Shown: one piece after another, positions 46,501 through 58,831 of the stretch
Numbering within the stretch: the stretch's first letter is position 1
Layout: each line of letters begins with the position of its first letter
From: Naegleria gruberi
Taxonomy: Eukaryota
Assembly (NCBI GenBank): GCA_000004985.1
Contig: GG738849.1
DNA length: 64,000 nucleotides
Reading direction: 5' to 3' (one strand)
The notes under the pieces: model-generated
The model's database searches: none
What the model was told of the DNA's origin: nothing
The model's input: the letters and a program-made list of their open reading frames with translations, nothing else
Made by a program: the position numbers and the translations under genes

Positions 46501-48551
46501 AAGGAGTCTTTACCGTTTATCCATCTAATAAATCCATTCTTTTCCAGAAAAACTTTTGAGTTGATTCCTATACTTCTGAGTTCTTTCTCTGGAATACATT
46601 TCGATAGAAATGTACATTTTAAATAGGACACAATATCATGAGCAGTCCTAATAATACCAGTTGAAATATTTTCCAATAAAGCTCTTGATATGTGTTTTTC
46701 ATTTAGACAAGATTTCATGGGTGTGAATTTGGAAGATAATAATTTTGAACCAGACTCCAACGAAGGAACTATAAGATACGATTCACCCTTTACATCTATA
46801 CCTGCTCTACCTGCTCTACCAGCTGCTTGCTTGTAGTTAACTATTGATAAATCATCCCTACCCATGGTGAGTGAGGAAATAATGACTCTTCTTGCAGGAA
46901 GATTCACACCCTAATAATCATTAAATAGTTTCAATAAATATATTCCTATCTCAATACATGAAAGATATGACTATTAACTTACAGTTGCAAGGGTTGTTGT
47001 ACATAGTAGAATTTTGATCATTCCATTTCTAAATGCCAATTCAACTAACTTTTTCTCTTCCATTGTTAGTGACGAGTGATGAAAACCTACTCCTCTCCCC
47101 ATTGAAAAATTCAAATCAGGATCCAATCCTGTTGTGGATAGTTTGAGGTTAGTTAGTAATTCTTGTCGTTGTTGTACCAAGTGCTCTGGAATATGTTGTG
47201 GTTGATTTTCTTCAGCAATAAACTTGGCAAATAATTTACATTTTAGCTTAGAGCTGCAGAATATAATTGTAGCAAACTCTGTGTCAATTAGTGATAGTAT
47301 GGAAATATTAAATCCATCAGGTAGTTTTTTAGAAACAGTGTAAGGTGTTAGATTTCTTACTAGATTACAATTTGTATCGAATACTTTGGAATCATGTACC
47401 ATGTATTCAGAGAGTGGAACTGGTCTATAATCAGTCACAAACAAGTAGGCATTAAGAAAACTGGCAAGTTTGTCAACATTTGGTAGGGTAGCAGACATCG
47501 CAATGATTTGAATTTTTGGTTTAAGATAAATAATTTTCGTTAGAATGAGTTCTAGAATATAACCTCTATCAGGCTCTGTTATACTATGAAGTTCATCAAT
47601 AATGATGGTTCCAATTTCATCAATTTTGCCAGTCCTAATCAATCCATTCAGAATACTATTTCCTCTCTCAAAGGTACATACCATCACTCTCTCATCATCA
47701 TCATTGAAGGATGCTGTATCAATGAGTTTTACTGCTTCAGAGTGATAGGGATTGGCTTTCCATCCAACATTCTTGAATTTTTCATTCAAATCAGCTACCT
47801 TTTCCTCAATGATAGCTTTAAAAGGAAGCATGAAAACAACTTTTGATTTGTTTCTTGTCAATCTTCGAACCATTATAATTTCACTGACTAGGGTTTTACC
47901 TCCACTTGTTGGAGATGAGTAGATAATATTCTTTCCTCCATCCAGAATTTGATTGTTTTCTAATAATGCTACTTGCCAAGGATATAAAGACTTGTGTTTG
48001 TAATTGTCAGCAATTTGGTAGGGAATGTAATGATAGAGGGATGTGGGATCATTCATATCATCCTCTGTATGAGTGGCTTTTAGTGATGTATTGAGAAGGT
48101 TACTAGTATTGGAAAAAGTTTTATCGGAAGAAGGAATTGTATTGTTCGAATCAGCTTCATCTAATAAATTCACAATTCCACTAATATCCAACTCATCATC
48201 TAGAGTATTTTCCGATTCTTCTCCAATATTCAACTCGTCATCATCTAAATTTTCCAATTGTTCAACTTCGATATCACTAATATCACTTAATTCTAAATCT
48301 TCATCAATATTGAAATAATATTCATCTTCGGGTGTTGATGGACTACCAACAGACATACTGGATCTTGATGATTGACTAAATGGTGGCCAAAAATCCACAC
48401 TAGCCTCACCTGTTGATTTCGGAGTGGTGGTACTCACACTACTAGCAGAAGAAGGATTGGATACATTTTTCAATGTTTTCGGAAGAGGTGTTGCTGCAAC
48501 CACATTTGTTGGTTGTGATTTGTTCTTGTTGTGGTTGTTATTGGAAATCAT
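43533..48551 (-). CDS. POLQ: DNA polymerase theta: an N-terminal superfamily-2 helicase fused to a C-terminal family-A polymerase. Two exons: 46983..48551 and 43533..46910.
   Basis: Helicase Walker A PTSGGKT, IIDELH, and a motif-VI region GVNLPARRVII that spans the 72-nt intron 46911..46982 (GTAAGT..TTAG). The polymerase domain carries DYKNIELRILAHLSQD (motif A), the O-helix region and QIHDELLFEV (motif C). Confidence 0.8.
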
Positions 48552-49475
48552 CACAGTAACTTTGCCTAATGGTGAGCATATTTTTTTGATGTTTTTTCTC
48601 TAGTTTTTGCTGGAAATTTTTGCCAACCTGCTTTTTTAGGATTACGGTTTTGCCCGCTAAAACATTGTTAAACTTTAAACAAAAATTAAGAAGTTTACAA
48701 ATATTTGTGGCCAGATTTGTTGCTAAAATTAATTCTTTCTTGTGTTATAACATAAGGCATCATGTTCACTACATATGTGGGGAAGAAACAACTGAACACA
48801 TTTTCCTACCAAAATTCAATAACTAAACAATTTTACCAACAATAGGAATCAAGAGGAGGAAAATACTGAAACATACACAGAAACCAACTCTACAACACTG
48901 GACAAAAACTAGACCTCATTGGCAATTGTCACAAAATCAAAGAAACCACAAAAGCTAATACTAGCATCTGGAAAGAAAGGAACGACTGGCTTCCCGAAAA
49001 CAATGAATGGAGCAAAGACCTTAACAAATATGTAAGCATTCTGTAGATAACAATCTACAGCATGCAATTTATTCAACCACGAGTCTGAATGACAATTAAA
49101 TAAATATAAATTAAATAAAAAAAAATTCACTACAAAATGACCACCTCAACTGTCCTCCTTATTTGCAACAATTCCCAAATGCAAAACCAATAACAGCCAA
49201 GGTTCAATAAAAGTGTTCGATTTAATCACCAAATCTACTCAAATCACCATCTATCAGATGAAAAACTATCTGTTACTGATATCCAATAGTCCACCAAATG
49301 AACTAAATGCATCATCCAACCACTTTTCCCTCTTTTTAAAGTAAAAAAAACGCCAACAATCCATCTGATGCAAAGAATCATGCTTCTCTGCAGTGTGTGT
49401 TGCCATAAAAATTACCCAAATTGAAAAAATTTCAAACTCTTTGCGCAATACAACAACAAATTAAAGAACGCAAAT

Positions 49476-50545
49476 ATGCCTAACAGTAAATCAAACAGTT
49501 GGAAGTATGGATTGGCTGGAGGATTTTCTGCATTTTCTACTCATGCAGTATTGGTTCCTCTTGATGTAAGTATTACCGCACTGAATTATTTTGTTGGTTG
49601 ACTCTCTTGATCTCCATGATGAAACAATTGCGTTGAACCCACAAACGGCATGCATCTAAATAATTCATGTTGTGATTATGGTTGTTTTGCTTGTAACAAT
49701 AACAGGTTATTAAAACTAGAATTCAAATCTATCCACAACAATATCAGAATGGTACCTTATCAACTCTAAAAACCATTGCAAGGAATGAAGGTCTTGCTGC
49801 ATTAACTCTTGGTTTCTCTTCAACTGCTATTGGTTACTTTTTACAAGGTTCAATGAAGTTTGGTTTATTTGAGGTGATTAAATCAAGCATTATGAATTCA
49901 TCATTAATTGGTGGAAAGGAAAGAGTAATGGGAAGAGGTGGTGATTTATCCTATCTTCAATTTCCAATTTATATCACTTCTAGTGCCATGGCTGAAGCTT
50001 GTGCTACTGTTGTTTTGTGTCCTTGGGAAGCCATTAGAATCAAGACAGTCAATCAACCACTCAAATATGGAAATGTTAATGTTTTTAAGGGGCTGAAAAT
50101 GATTGCAGTTGAAGAGGGATTATTGAATGGATATTTTAGAGGTTTAATCCCAATTTTAGCCAAGCAAGTACCTTATACATGTGTTCAATTGACTTGTTTC
50201 TCATACACAACTGAATTCTTTTACGGAAATTTCCTTCCTAATCGTCTTGGAATGAAGAAACAAGATTTGACCACTACTCAACAATTGAATTTGAGTGTTG
50301 GCGCTGGTATTCTAGCAGGTATGGTCTCATCCCTTGCTTCACACCCAGCAGATACTCTTCTCAGCTTGGTTAATAAACCAGGCGAACAGAGAAATATTTT
50401 CCAAATCATGAAAGATATTGGGTTTAAGGGTGTTTGGAGAGGAGTGGTTCCACGTTGCTTGATGGTGTCATTCTTGAGTGCTGGCATGTTTTTGGTTTAT
50501 GACAGTTCTAAATTGGCTCTTGGTTTGCAAACTACTGGTGGTTAA
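49476..50545 (+). CDS. Mitochondrial carrier family protein, phosphate-carrier-like (SLC25A3-like). Two exons: 49476..49565 and 49706..50545.
   Basis: Exon 1 encodes MPNSKSNSWKYGLAGGFSAFSTHAVLVPLD. A GTAAGT donor and AACAG acceptor (intron 49566..49705, 140 nt) continue with VIKTRIQ.. and the three carrier repeats. Confidence 0.75.
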
Positions 50546-50635
50546 ATTGTTAACCACAAACACTTATGAAAACAAATTTGAACAAGTGAGCTGTTAATTC
50601 TGACGTGTAAATTATCATACAATTGTAATATACAT

Positions 50636-51640
50636 TTAATAAAGAATAAATCTACAAATATCCAAACAATTATCATTTTCAAACCCATCCACTTCAATCT
50701 TTTTCAATTTTTTGCAATGATCCATTAATGTTTGACATTCCACTTCTTTGAATAGCTTGGTAATGGCCACATGTTCCAGGTTTGGACAAGATTTGTACAA
50801 GTTAATCCACATGCATGTTGCTGCATCATCATTGATAATATCATGCCCAAATAATTTCAATATTCTCAGTTTTGGAAATTCCACATTTGAAATCTTGGTT
50901 AAAACATCTCCAATTGTCAAGCCACCGCATTGTAGACATAATTCCTGAAGTGAAAAGTGACTACTCTCAATGCACTTATCAACACCAAGAAACATTTTAC
51001 CATTCAGATACAAATGTTCAATTCTATTCTGTGGAATGTGAGACAAATCAAAATATGGAGGTCTCTTTTCACTTCTCTCATTAAAATTATCCTGAAATCT
51101 CATATCCAAATTACTATGCAAAGAGAGGCAAGTCAATTTAGGGCACTGTTTAAAGATACTTTGTAAATCTGTTGAATTAATATATACATTATTTAAAATT
51201 AGTTTCCTCATTGTATTTTTCATAAATCGACTTATAAAAACAGGTAGCTGAGTTTCCAACATGTCACTATGTCTGAAAATATCATAACAAAACGAAACAG
51301 TTTCATATTTTGGAAATGTTCTAATTAAATTGTACATTTGTGGAATGGAATCAATCAATAGACCATCAATGTGTTTTAAATCTCTCGTTGTTAATTTTAG
51401 AGCATGTTCTAATTGTAAATCAACATTTCCGCAAATATATTCCAATCGAGAGAATAATTTAAGAAAATCAATAACGTAAATTCTTGAATTAATTCTTTTT
51501 GACATGTTTAGTACAGTAACAGAATTATAGTAACTGGCATTCCATTCCGAATTTATAAATCTTGATAATTGTTTTTCATTATTAGTAAGAAATGTTTGTA
51601 TGAGAGTTAATAATTCTGATGGCAAGGCAAGTTTAGTCAT
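50636..51640 (-). CDS. F-box-like / LRR protein.
   Basis: LPSELLTLIQTFL near the N-terminus. C-terminal LRR-like LKLFGHD.., LEHVAI.., LKKIEV.. units. Weak. Confidence 0.4.
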   Translation of the reverse strand: MTKLALPSELLTLIQTFLTNNEKQLSRFINSEWNASYYNSVTVLNMSKRINSRIYVIDFLKLFSRLEYICGNVDLQLEHALKLTTRDLKHIDGLLIDSIPQMYNLIRTFPKYETVSFCYDIFRHSDMLETQLPVFISRFMKNTMRKLILNNVYINSTDLQSIFKQCPKLTCLSLHSNLDMRFQDNFNERSEKRPPYFDLSHIPQNRIEHLYLNGKMFLGVDKCIESSHFSLQELCLQCGGLTIGDVLTKISNVEFPKLRILKLFGHDIINDDAATCMWINLYKSCPNLEHVAITKLFKEVECQTLMDHCKKLKKIEVDGFENDNCLDICRFILY

Positions 51641-51749
51641 TTTTTTTTAATGGAAAGCTGGTGATAGGTTATGTTACAATAACCATATTTGATCGACTTG
51701 ATTCTCATACCAATGAAACATTACTCTCAAAAGTATTTAGAGAAATAAT

Positions 51750-53555
51750 TTATTTTTGAATCTTAATAGTTCCCTTCAACTTTTCAATCTTCTTCTTGAG
51801 TTCTTCAATAGGTAATGGAGTGTAAATCTTCTTGCCTGTCTTTTGATAGTACAATAATGAAGGACTATAATATCCATTAACACCCATAGTAACATAACCA
51901 TTTTGCAAGATCAAGTTTGGATTGACCAAATTGAATCCTGGTAAAACACTTGAAAAGTCAACCAATTGAACACCAGCAGCCAAATCTTGATTCAAAATTG
52001 GCAAGTAAGCATCAATCAAAGCAACTTGAATAATTTGTTGCAAACTGGTTACACTAATTGGTCCAATCCATGATTGAGAAACTGAGAGTTGGAATTGAGG
52101 ATTAGCAATTTGAGCAGTAAAGTACAACTTGGATCCAGAAGAAACAACCAACTTTGGACTATCAAGAGTAGCATTAGCAACGAGTGAAATAATAAAAGCA
52201 TTGGTGGAAGATCCATCTTGATTCAAAACTTGGAATTCAACATTACCATAGAAGAAGGCAGTAATACTTCCACCATTGTTTTGAGTAATCTTAATATTTG
52301 GATATTGACCAGGATTACCAGCAGTATTACTATAGACAAATAAGTTAACAAGCTTATTTGGATAGGCATTGTATAATTGAGGAAGCAACAATTTCAAACT
52401 TGTAGTATTCAATTGAATTGGAGAGTTGGATGGAATCATTGTTGGTGTAACATAGGTTTGCATTTGATTGCTAGAATACAAGGCATAGAGAAGTGAGTTA
52501 ATAACAAAATCAGTTCCATAAGCATCAATCAAATCATCAATTTGAGTTGGGGCAACCTTTGGAAGTTGAACATGACCAAATGGGAGAGGAGCAGATGGTC
52601 CCTTGTTTGGATCGTAGAAAGTAGCTCTAGTAGCAATAACCAAGAAATTATTACTTTGAACATCACATTCAGTCAAACGATAGTCTACAATAACTTTGAA
52701 ATTGTTTGAACCAACAGTCATATTCAAAGTTGGAATAAGGTTAGCAGTTTGAATGTCAGCATTGGCTTTAGCAACAGAGGAACTGACAGCATTTTGAATG
52801 GCTGATTGAACAGATGATTTGATTTGGGAAGAGAAGAGGGATTGCAATAAATCCAAAATCCATCCAGATCCTCCTGAAATGTTAATATTCAAATTACCCA
52901 AATCAACAGTATTAGTAGTGACTTGGAATTGTGGTTTACCACTGTTAATATCTAAAGTAATGAGAACAGTTTCTTGAATTTGGATGGTATTGGTAGAAAC
53001 AACAACAGTTCCTGATCCAGAAGAGTGTGGCCAACTTTGTTGACGATAAGCCCAGTTAGCATTGATTGTTAATTGAGCATTTTGATCAGAGAGAGTGACT
53101 TGATTTGGTTGTTGCATCAATACTTGCAAATTACCCAATGAAACTCCAGCAATTTTAATATTTGTAACACTAATGTCAACATCACCAATAATACTGACAT
53201 GTTCTGTTTCAACCATATTTCAATCAGTAATTATATAATGATTTTACATTTCAACCAATGATTATAAATTATTCAGTTAACAAAAATGTGTTAATAATAT
53301 TATTTCAATATATATATATAAATTATAAAAATAATTAAATATTAAACACGTACGAGTAAACTTCATATCAGCAATAGTTTGTTCTTCAATAGTTTTAGCA
53401 AATAATGGACTTTCCTTTGTCAATAATTCATTCAAATCCGAGTCAGACAAGAAGGCACGAACAGTTGATAATTGTCCCATTGCTTCCTGAATATTCATCA
53501 TCATTGCGATCAACCCCAAAAGAAGGAGAAGCACAAGACTAGCAGATGATCTCAT
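51750..53555 (-). CDS. BPI/LBP/CETP-family lipid-binding protein with a signal peptide. Two exons: 53354..53555 and 51750..53203.
   Basis: Exon 1 encodes a secretion signal (MRSSASLVLLLLLGLIAMM) followed by the start of the BPI N-domain. A GTACGT donor and AACAG acceptor (intron 53204..53353, 150 nt) join in frame to the main body. That body resembles the BPI N- and C-terminal barrels (GSGWILDLLQSLFSSQIKSSVQSAIQNAV, proline-rich linker). Confidence 0.6.
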
Positions 53556-54126
53556 CTATATATATTTTTATCATCATTGACAAGTTATCATCATCATAGA
53601 ATTTCATCATTGTGTATTGGTGTGATATCGTGTGTTGTGATCACACATACGAAGTGGTTAGTTTTTTGGGTTAAAAAAGCACTACCTACATTGTTTTTGT
53701 TTTTTTTCAAAGTGAAACTTTCAAGTGTTATTACTTGATGGGATGAAGACATGAAGACAATGGAGTAAGACAAGTCTTGTGGGGAAAAAACTCTCCGAAC
53801 CAATGATGAATTATCGAATCTTATGAATCATTATAATATGTAATAGAGATTTTACAATGTGGTTTATATGATGAGTTGACACACACATTTAAAATATAAT
53901 TTTCAAATCACTAAGGGTTCAGGGAAGAAGTTAAAAAGTTAAAGTGACGAGTCCAAAAAATACCTTCACTACAACTTTACATATTAAATTGATGAAAAAT
54001 TGCAAGATGTAATATTATTTAATTATTTTCAAATTGAAAATCTGAAATCAGTATTAAAATTTACAGCTTGATAATATTGCTTTGCAGATGATTATTCTAT
54101 TGTCGTTTTCACTTTAGAATAAAAAA

Positions 54127-55632
54127 ATGTCATCACCCCAATTAGAAAATTACAAGTTTCAAGTATTTAAAGGACACACTGGTTTGCCAACATGTGAATA
54201 TTTTGCCAGAGAACAATCCACCAATGAACAAGTTATTAATTTCCTCTCCACAAAATTAAATGATAGAAAATTAGCAGAAGAATTGGATCAATCCGATACT
54301 CTTGCTCACATGAGAAATGAATTCAACTATCCAGATATGATTCCAAAGGAATTAATTTGTCAAGTTGATGAAAACTCCTCTGATGAATGTGTGGAAAAGA
54401 AAATTATTTATTTCTGTGGTAATTCACTTGGACTTCAACCAAAGTGCCTTTCAAAGAATATTGAAAAGGAATTACAAAAGTGGGCACATATTGGTGTTGA
54501 AGGACATTTCAGTGCATCGTTTGGAACTAACAAATGGTTTGAAGTTGAAGAATCTGTGAAGAATGCAATGGCTAAGGTTGTTGGAGCTAAACCAATTGAA
54601 GTTACTGTTATGAATAGTTTAACTGCTAATTTACAAGTTTTACTCACTTCTTTCTATAGACCAACTGCACAAAAATACAAGATTTTAGTTGAACAATATC
54701 CATTCCCAAGTGATATGCATGCTGTGACCTCTCATGTCAGATGCAGAATTGAAGAATTGAGAAGTATGTTGGGAAGTCATTTGTCAAGTGATGAAATTGT
54801 TGAAAAGTGTATCACTCTTGTTGGTCCAAGAGAAGGAGAAGAAATTATTAGATCTGAAGATATTGTGGAATGTTTAAAGAGTGATTCCTCTATTGCACTT
54901 TCACTTGTTGGAGGAGTTCAATTCATGACTGGTCAATGTTTTGATATGAAAACTATTGCACAAACTTGTCAAGAGTTGGATATTGTTTGTGGATTTGATT
55001 TGGCACATGCTGCTGGTAATATTGATTTGAGACTTCATGATTGGGGAGTTGATTTTGCATGTTGGTGTTCTTACAAGTATTTGAATAGTGGACCAGGTGG
55101 AATTAGTGGAATTTTTGTACATGAAAAACATTCAAATGAAACTATGGAACAAAGACCAAGATTTATGGGTTGGTGGGCAAGAGAAAAGGCAACTCGTTTT
55201 TCACTTTCGACCAAGTTTGAACCTCAACCAGGTGCAGCTGGATTCCAAATGTCGAATCCTTGCATTTTAAGTATGACTGCTATTCTTTCGAGTTTGAGAG
55301 TTTTTGAAATGGCTGAAAAAGATGGCCAAATAATGAGCGTTTTGAGAAGCAAATCTAATTTGTTAACTACTTATTTAGAATTGCTCATTAGACAAGAGTT
55401 GAGTGACAAGATCTTTATCCTCACACCATCAAATCCAAATGCTAGAGGTTGTCAATTATCTATTAGAGTTTTGCACAAGAATTTGGACTATGTTGATTCT
55501 GAACTCAAGAAGAGAGGAGTCATTATTGACATTAGAGAGCCAGATATTATCAGAGTATCTCCAACACCTCTCTATAATCAATTTGTTGAAGTTTATGATT
55601 TTGTTCAACTTTTGAAAGAAATTTTGAATTAA
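54127..55632 (+). CDS. KYNU: Kynureninase (PLP-dependent).
   Basis: IYFCGNSLGLQPK, the aminotransferase class V fold and a PLP-lysine region (CSYKYLNSGPGG). The length is appropriate. Confidence 0.85.
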   Translation: MSSPQLENYKFQVFKGHTGLPTCEYFAREQSTNEQVINFLSTKLNDRKLAEELDQSDTLAHMRNEFNYPDMIPKELICQVDENSSDECVEKKIIYFCGNSLGLQPKCLSKNIEKELQKWAHIGVEGHFSASFGTNKWFEVEESVKNAMAKVVGAKPIEVTVMNSLTANLQVLLTSFYRPTAQKYKILVEQYPFPSDMHAVTSHVRCRIEELRSMLGSHLSSDEIVEKCITLVGPREGEEIIRSEDIVECLKSDSSIALSLVGGVQFMTGQCFDMKTIAQTCQELDIVCGFDLAHAAGNIDLRLHDWGVDFACWCSYKYLNSGPGGISGIFVHEKHSNETMEQRPRFMGWWAREKATRFSLSTKFEPQPGAAGFQMSNPCILSMTAILSSLRVFEMAEKDGQIMSVLRSKSNLLTTYLELLIRQELSDKIFILTPSNPNARGCQLSIRVLHKNLDYVDSELKKRGVIIDIREPDIIRVSPTPLYNQFVEVYDFVQLLKEILN

Positions 55633-55640
55633 ATAATTTA

Positions 55641-58604
55641 TCATTTTAATTGTTTGTGACTGGCATTACTTGTGTTCAGTTTGGAATTAATTTTGTGTAA
55701 AGATCTTGGAGAGACAGTTCCCTGTTTGATAATATTCAATTCCTCACTCTTTTTAAGAATTTTCCTCTCAACATCTGGATCAATATCTTTAATTTCCTTT
55801 CTCTTCTTATCTATTAAAACTTTCTTAATAAATGACTCAGATAATAGCTTTGGTTTTACAGAAAAACTGAAACTTTTTTCTGAAGCTGACAAACCAGATC
55901 TTGGTGACTCGTCGTGGAATTCATTTTCCCATTTCTCTAACAGAGTCATTTCCTTCTTTTCATTTTTCATTTTGAAATGAGTTTTCTTATTGTAAATTAC
56001 TGTATTTGAGAAGAGTCCATCTCCGCCTACAGGTTTAACAAATGATTCACTTTCTTTTTTGTATAGTATATGATTGGTTATTCCTTCATCCTGTTTGGCA
56101 GTGAGAAATTCTCTTAATCTGTGTTGAGTATCGACACTACTTGGCTGATGAGGAATACCTCCAATCAAGCCGTCCAAATACCCGCTATAGAAATGTTTGT
56201 GACGTAGGGGGACATAGTTTCGTGTTGGACGGTTGCCTGACTTGATTTTGAAGCTAAGATTGTGATCAGAAACTTGGGTGATTAAGCAATCCACCAGATC
56301 GTGATTTTCCTTCTTTTCTCGCACAAATGAAAGGAGGAATAGTAGAAATCTTTGAATTTTTGAAAAGAGTAGATATTTCCTCATTTTCTTCTTCCTTTCC
56401 TTCTCGAAAAATTGAAGGAAAATTCTGATAAATTGGGAAAAGGATTGAATATTCGAAAAGCAAATATTATTTCCAAAATCCAAATGTTTGTGACCACTAA
56501 CAATGGATCGTTCATGTCTAATCAACAATTCCTCCATTACATCTGGAGAATATTTACAAAATTCTAGTAATCCTTTGGCAGAAACTGATTTCAAATGGCT
56601 CAACAAGTTACTATTACAAAAAATTAAAATATAATGTTCTGCTACCATTTCCAAATCTAAATTACTCCAAATGTGGTCTTTGGAGAGAATATTTGTCAAC
56701 ATTTGGAAACAACTTATACGCTGATACAGATAGCTGTTGTAATCTTCATTACATCTGATAACATTGAGTGCCTTACTGTACAAAATGTTCCAAAAATCAA
56801 ATATTGGTGAGTTGGCTATTACATTAAAATACTTAATTATCTAAACACTATATGAGTCAACTTACAATGTTGTGCATAAGCAGCAATAAGTGCAACTACC
56901 TTTCCAGAAAGACTGAAATTAGTAGAGGTGATACTTTCAATAATTCGTTGTAGCTTTTTTTCTGACAAAATTTTCAAATTAGCATTACCAGAGCTTCCCT
57001 TATTGGCTGCAATTGTATTGTTATCATAAATATTTTCCAAATAACAACAACTTACCACTATTTACATAGGATATAACAATATTTAGGCAGAGAATTATCT
57101 TTTTCTGATCATGATTTTGACTTTCTAGAATATCCAACATTTTGTTAATGGCTCCAGAATGCATGAAATATAATCTAAACTCTTGTGTATCAGAAATGTC
57201 TGATAGAATATGTAAAACCCCCATAAACACATCGTATTCATCAATGTCAGTATGTGATGTTGTTATGAAACAATTCACTGCTGCCTTTACAATCCCATAC
57301 TGTTTCACAAAAATTGTGGCATATTCCTTATTTCTTAACATTCTGGCAAGGGTTTTCACTCCCCAATATTTTGAAGTTCTATCTTTGAAAGCTAATTGTG
57401 GGGAAAGTATATCGCCACCACCTGCATCAATAATTTCCTTCTGGAATCTTTCTATGGCTGACATGTGGTACACTACTTCGTCGCAAACTCGTCTCACATC
57501 CCTTGAGATTGTTTCCTTGATAGTTGTCAATAGAGATGGTACAAAAGTTGTGGAGAAGAGGTGAGACTTTTCATAGATCCAATCCTTCTTTACAAATGAT
57601 CTGAGAACAACAACTTGAATGAGCTCGCATGAATTTGATCTCAAAATCCATTCTACAAATTCCAAGTTTTGATATCTATCAATAAGAGCTATAATCTTGT
57701 GTTGTTTGGATTCTCTCACTATACAATCAAATGTCTTGGCAATACAGTGTTTGGTTAAATAGTCACGTTCTTGATATCTGTTCATCAAAAATACTATCAT
57801 TTGATGGTTGTCCAGAAATGGATCAATCGTGTACTGATTATTAATTAAATTGAAACAAGTATTGGCAGCTGATCTTTTCGTCTCCACATGAGTAATGGAG
57901 GTGTTCATGAGTGATCTCAACATATTGACCAATTCTAATTTTTCTGCATGCATCATACTCACAGCAATTTTCTCAAATTTTGTAAAATTACCAAATACTT
58001 TAGCTATCAAATCAACCATTGTAATATCTACTTCTCTGTATCCTTCTATATGTTTCCTCAATACATCCCCCAATAGTTCCAATCCCCAAACTTCAATCAC
58101 TCTCGAAGCACAATCTCCTCTCAAATCAGACATGGCAAGAGTTTTAAAAACTTCTTGCAATAGTTCAATATTTTGTTCCTTTTTAAGGAGACACATTATT
58201 GGAAGGAGAGCTCCATCAGAAACAAATCTTCCACTGCTACAAGGATGTTGAGCTAATAATCCAGCACATCTAACTGCCACTATCTGACATGGAACATTCA
58301 TTGATGAAATAATTGGTGCCAACACTTTGAAACATTGTTTTTCCTTAACCAATTTCTGAGTATATTCCTTCTCCTTCGCCAAATTACATAATGCCATCAA
58401 ACAATACTGAATAATTTGTAAATTCTCTACATTTCCAATTAGATGTAAGATGGCATCCAAGGCATCAATGACCAATAAGAGCTTTGTTTTCTGCTCCGAT
58501 AAATAAAAAAACAATTTACTACTCTCCAATTTAGAATCCTCTCCTCCTTTAAACGAAATTAAAATGTAATGATCGATGGTTCCTCCCGAAGTATTGGCTC
58601 TCAT
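55641..58604 (-). CDS. Armadillo/HEAT-type repeat protein of unknown function. Three exons: 57056..58604, 56866..57006 and 55641..56815. They merge three track ORFs.
   Basis: Introns 57007..57055 (GTAAGT..GCAG, 49 nt) and 56816..56865 (GTAAGT..ATAG, 50 nt) join the ORFs in frame. Repetitive helical ARM-like units. No enzymatic motifs. Confidence 0.55.
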
Positions 58605-58831
58605 TATTATGATTTAAAATTATTATTATTATATTAATATTGTATTTAAACTACTATCAATCATAATCAGTTTCTTTCTTTTATTCTAAAATACTTGAAA
58701 TCTGTAATAAAACGGTTGAAAATTCAGTTAGAGATAACATCCTTTGATGGAGGTTTCTTGTTTAATCTTTAAATTTTCAAATTTATAGCCGTTTATGAAG
58801 AGTTTCATTTTTTATTAATTAAATAAGAAAA

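Noticed and set aside
46974-48554. Stand-alone helicase gene separate from the polymerase ORF
   Set aside because: Helicase motif VI continues across a 72-nt GTAAGT..TTAG intron into the downstream ORF. The fusion (POLQ-like) fits better.
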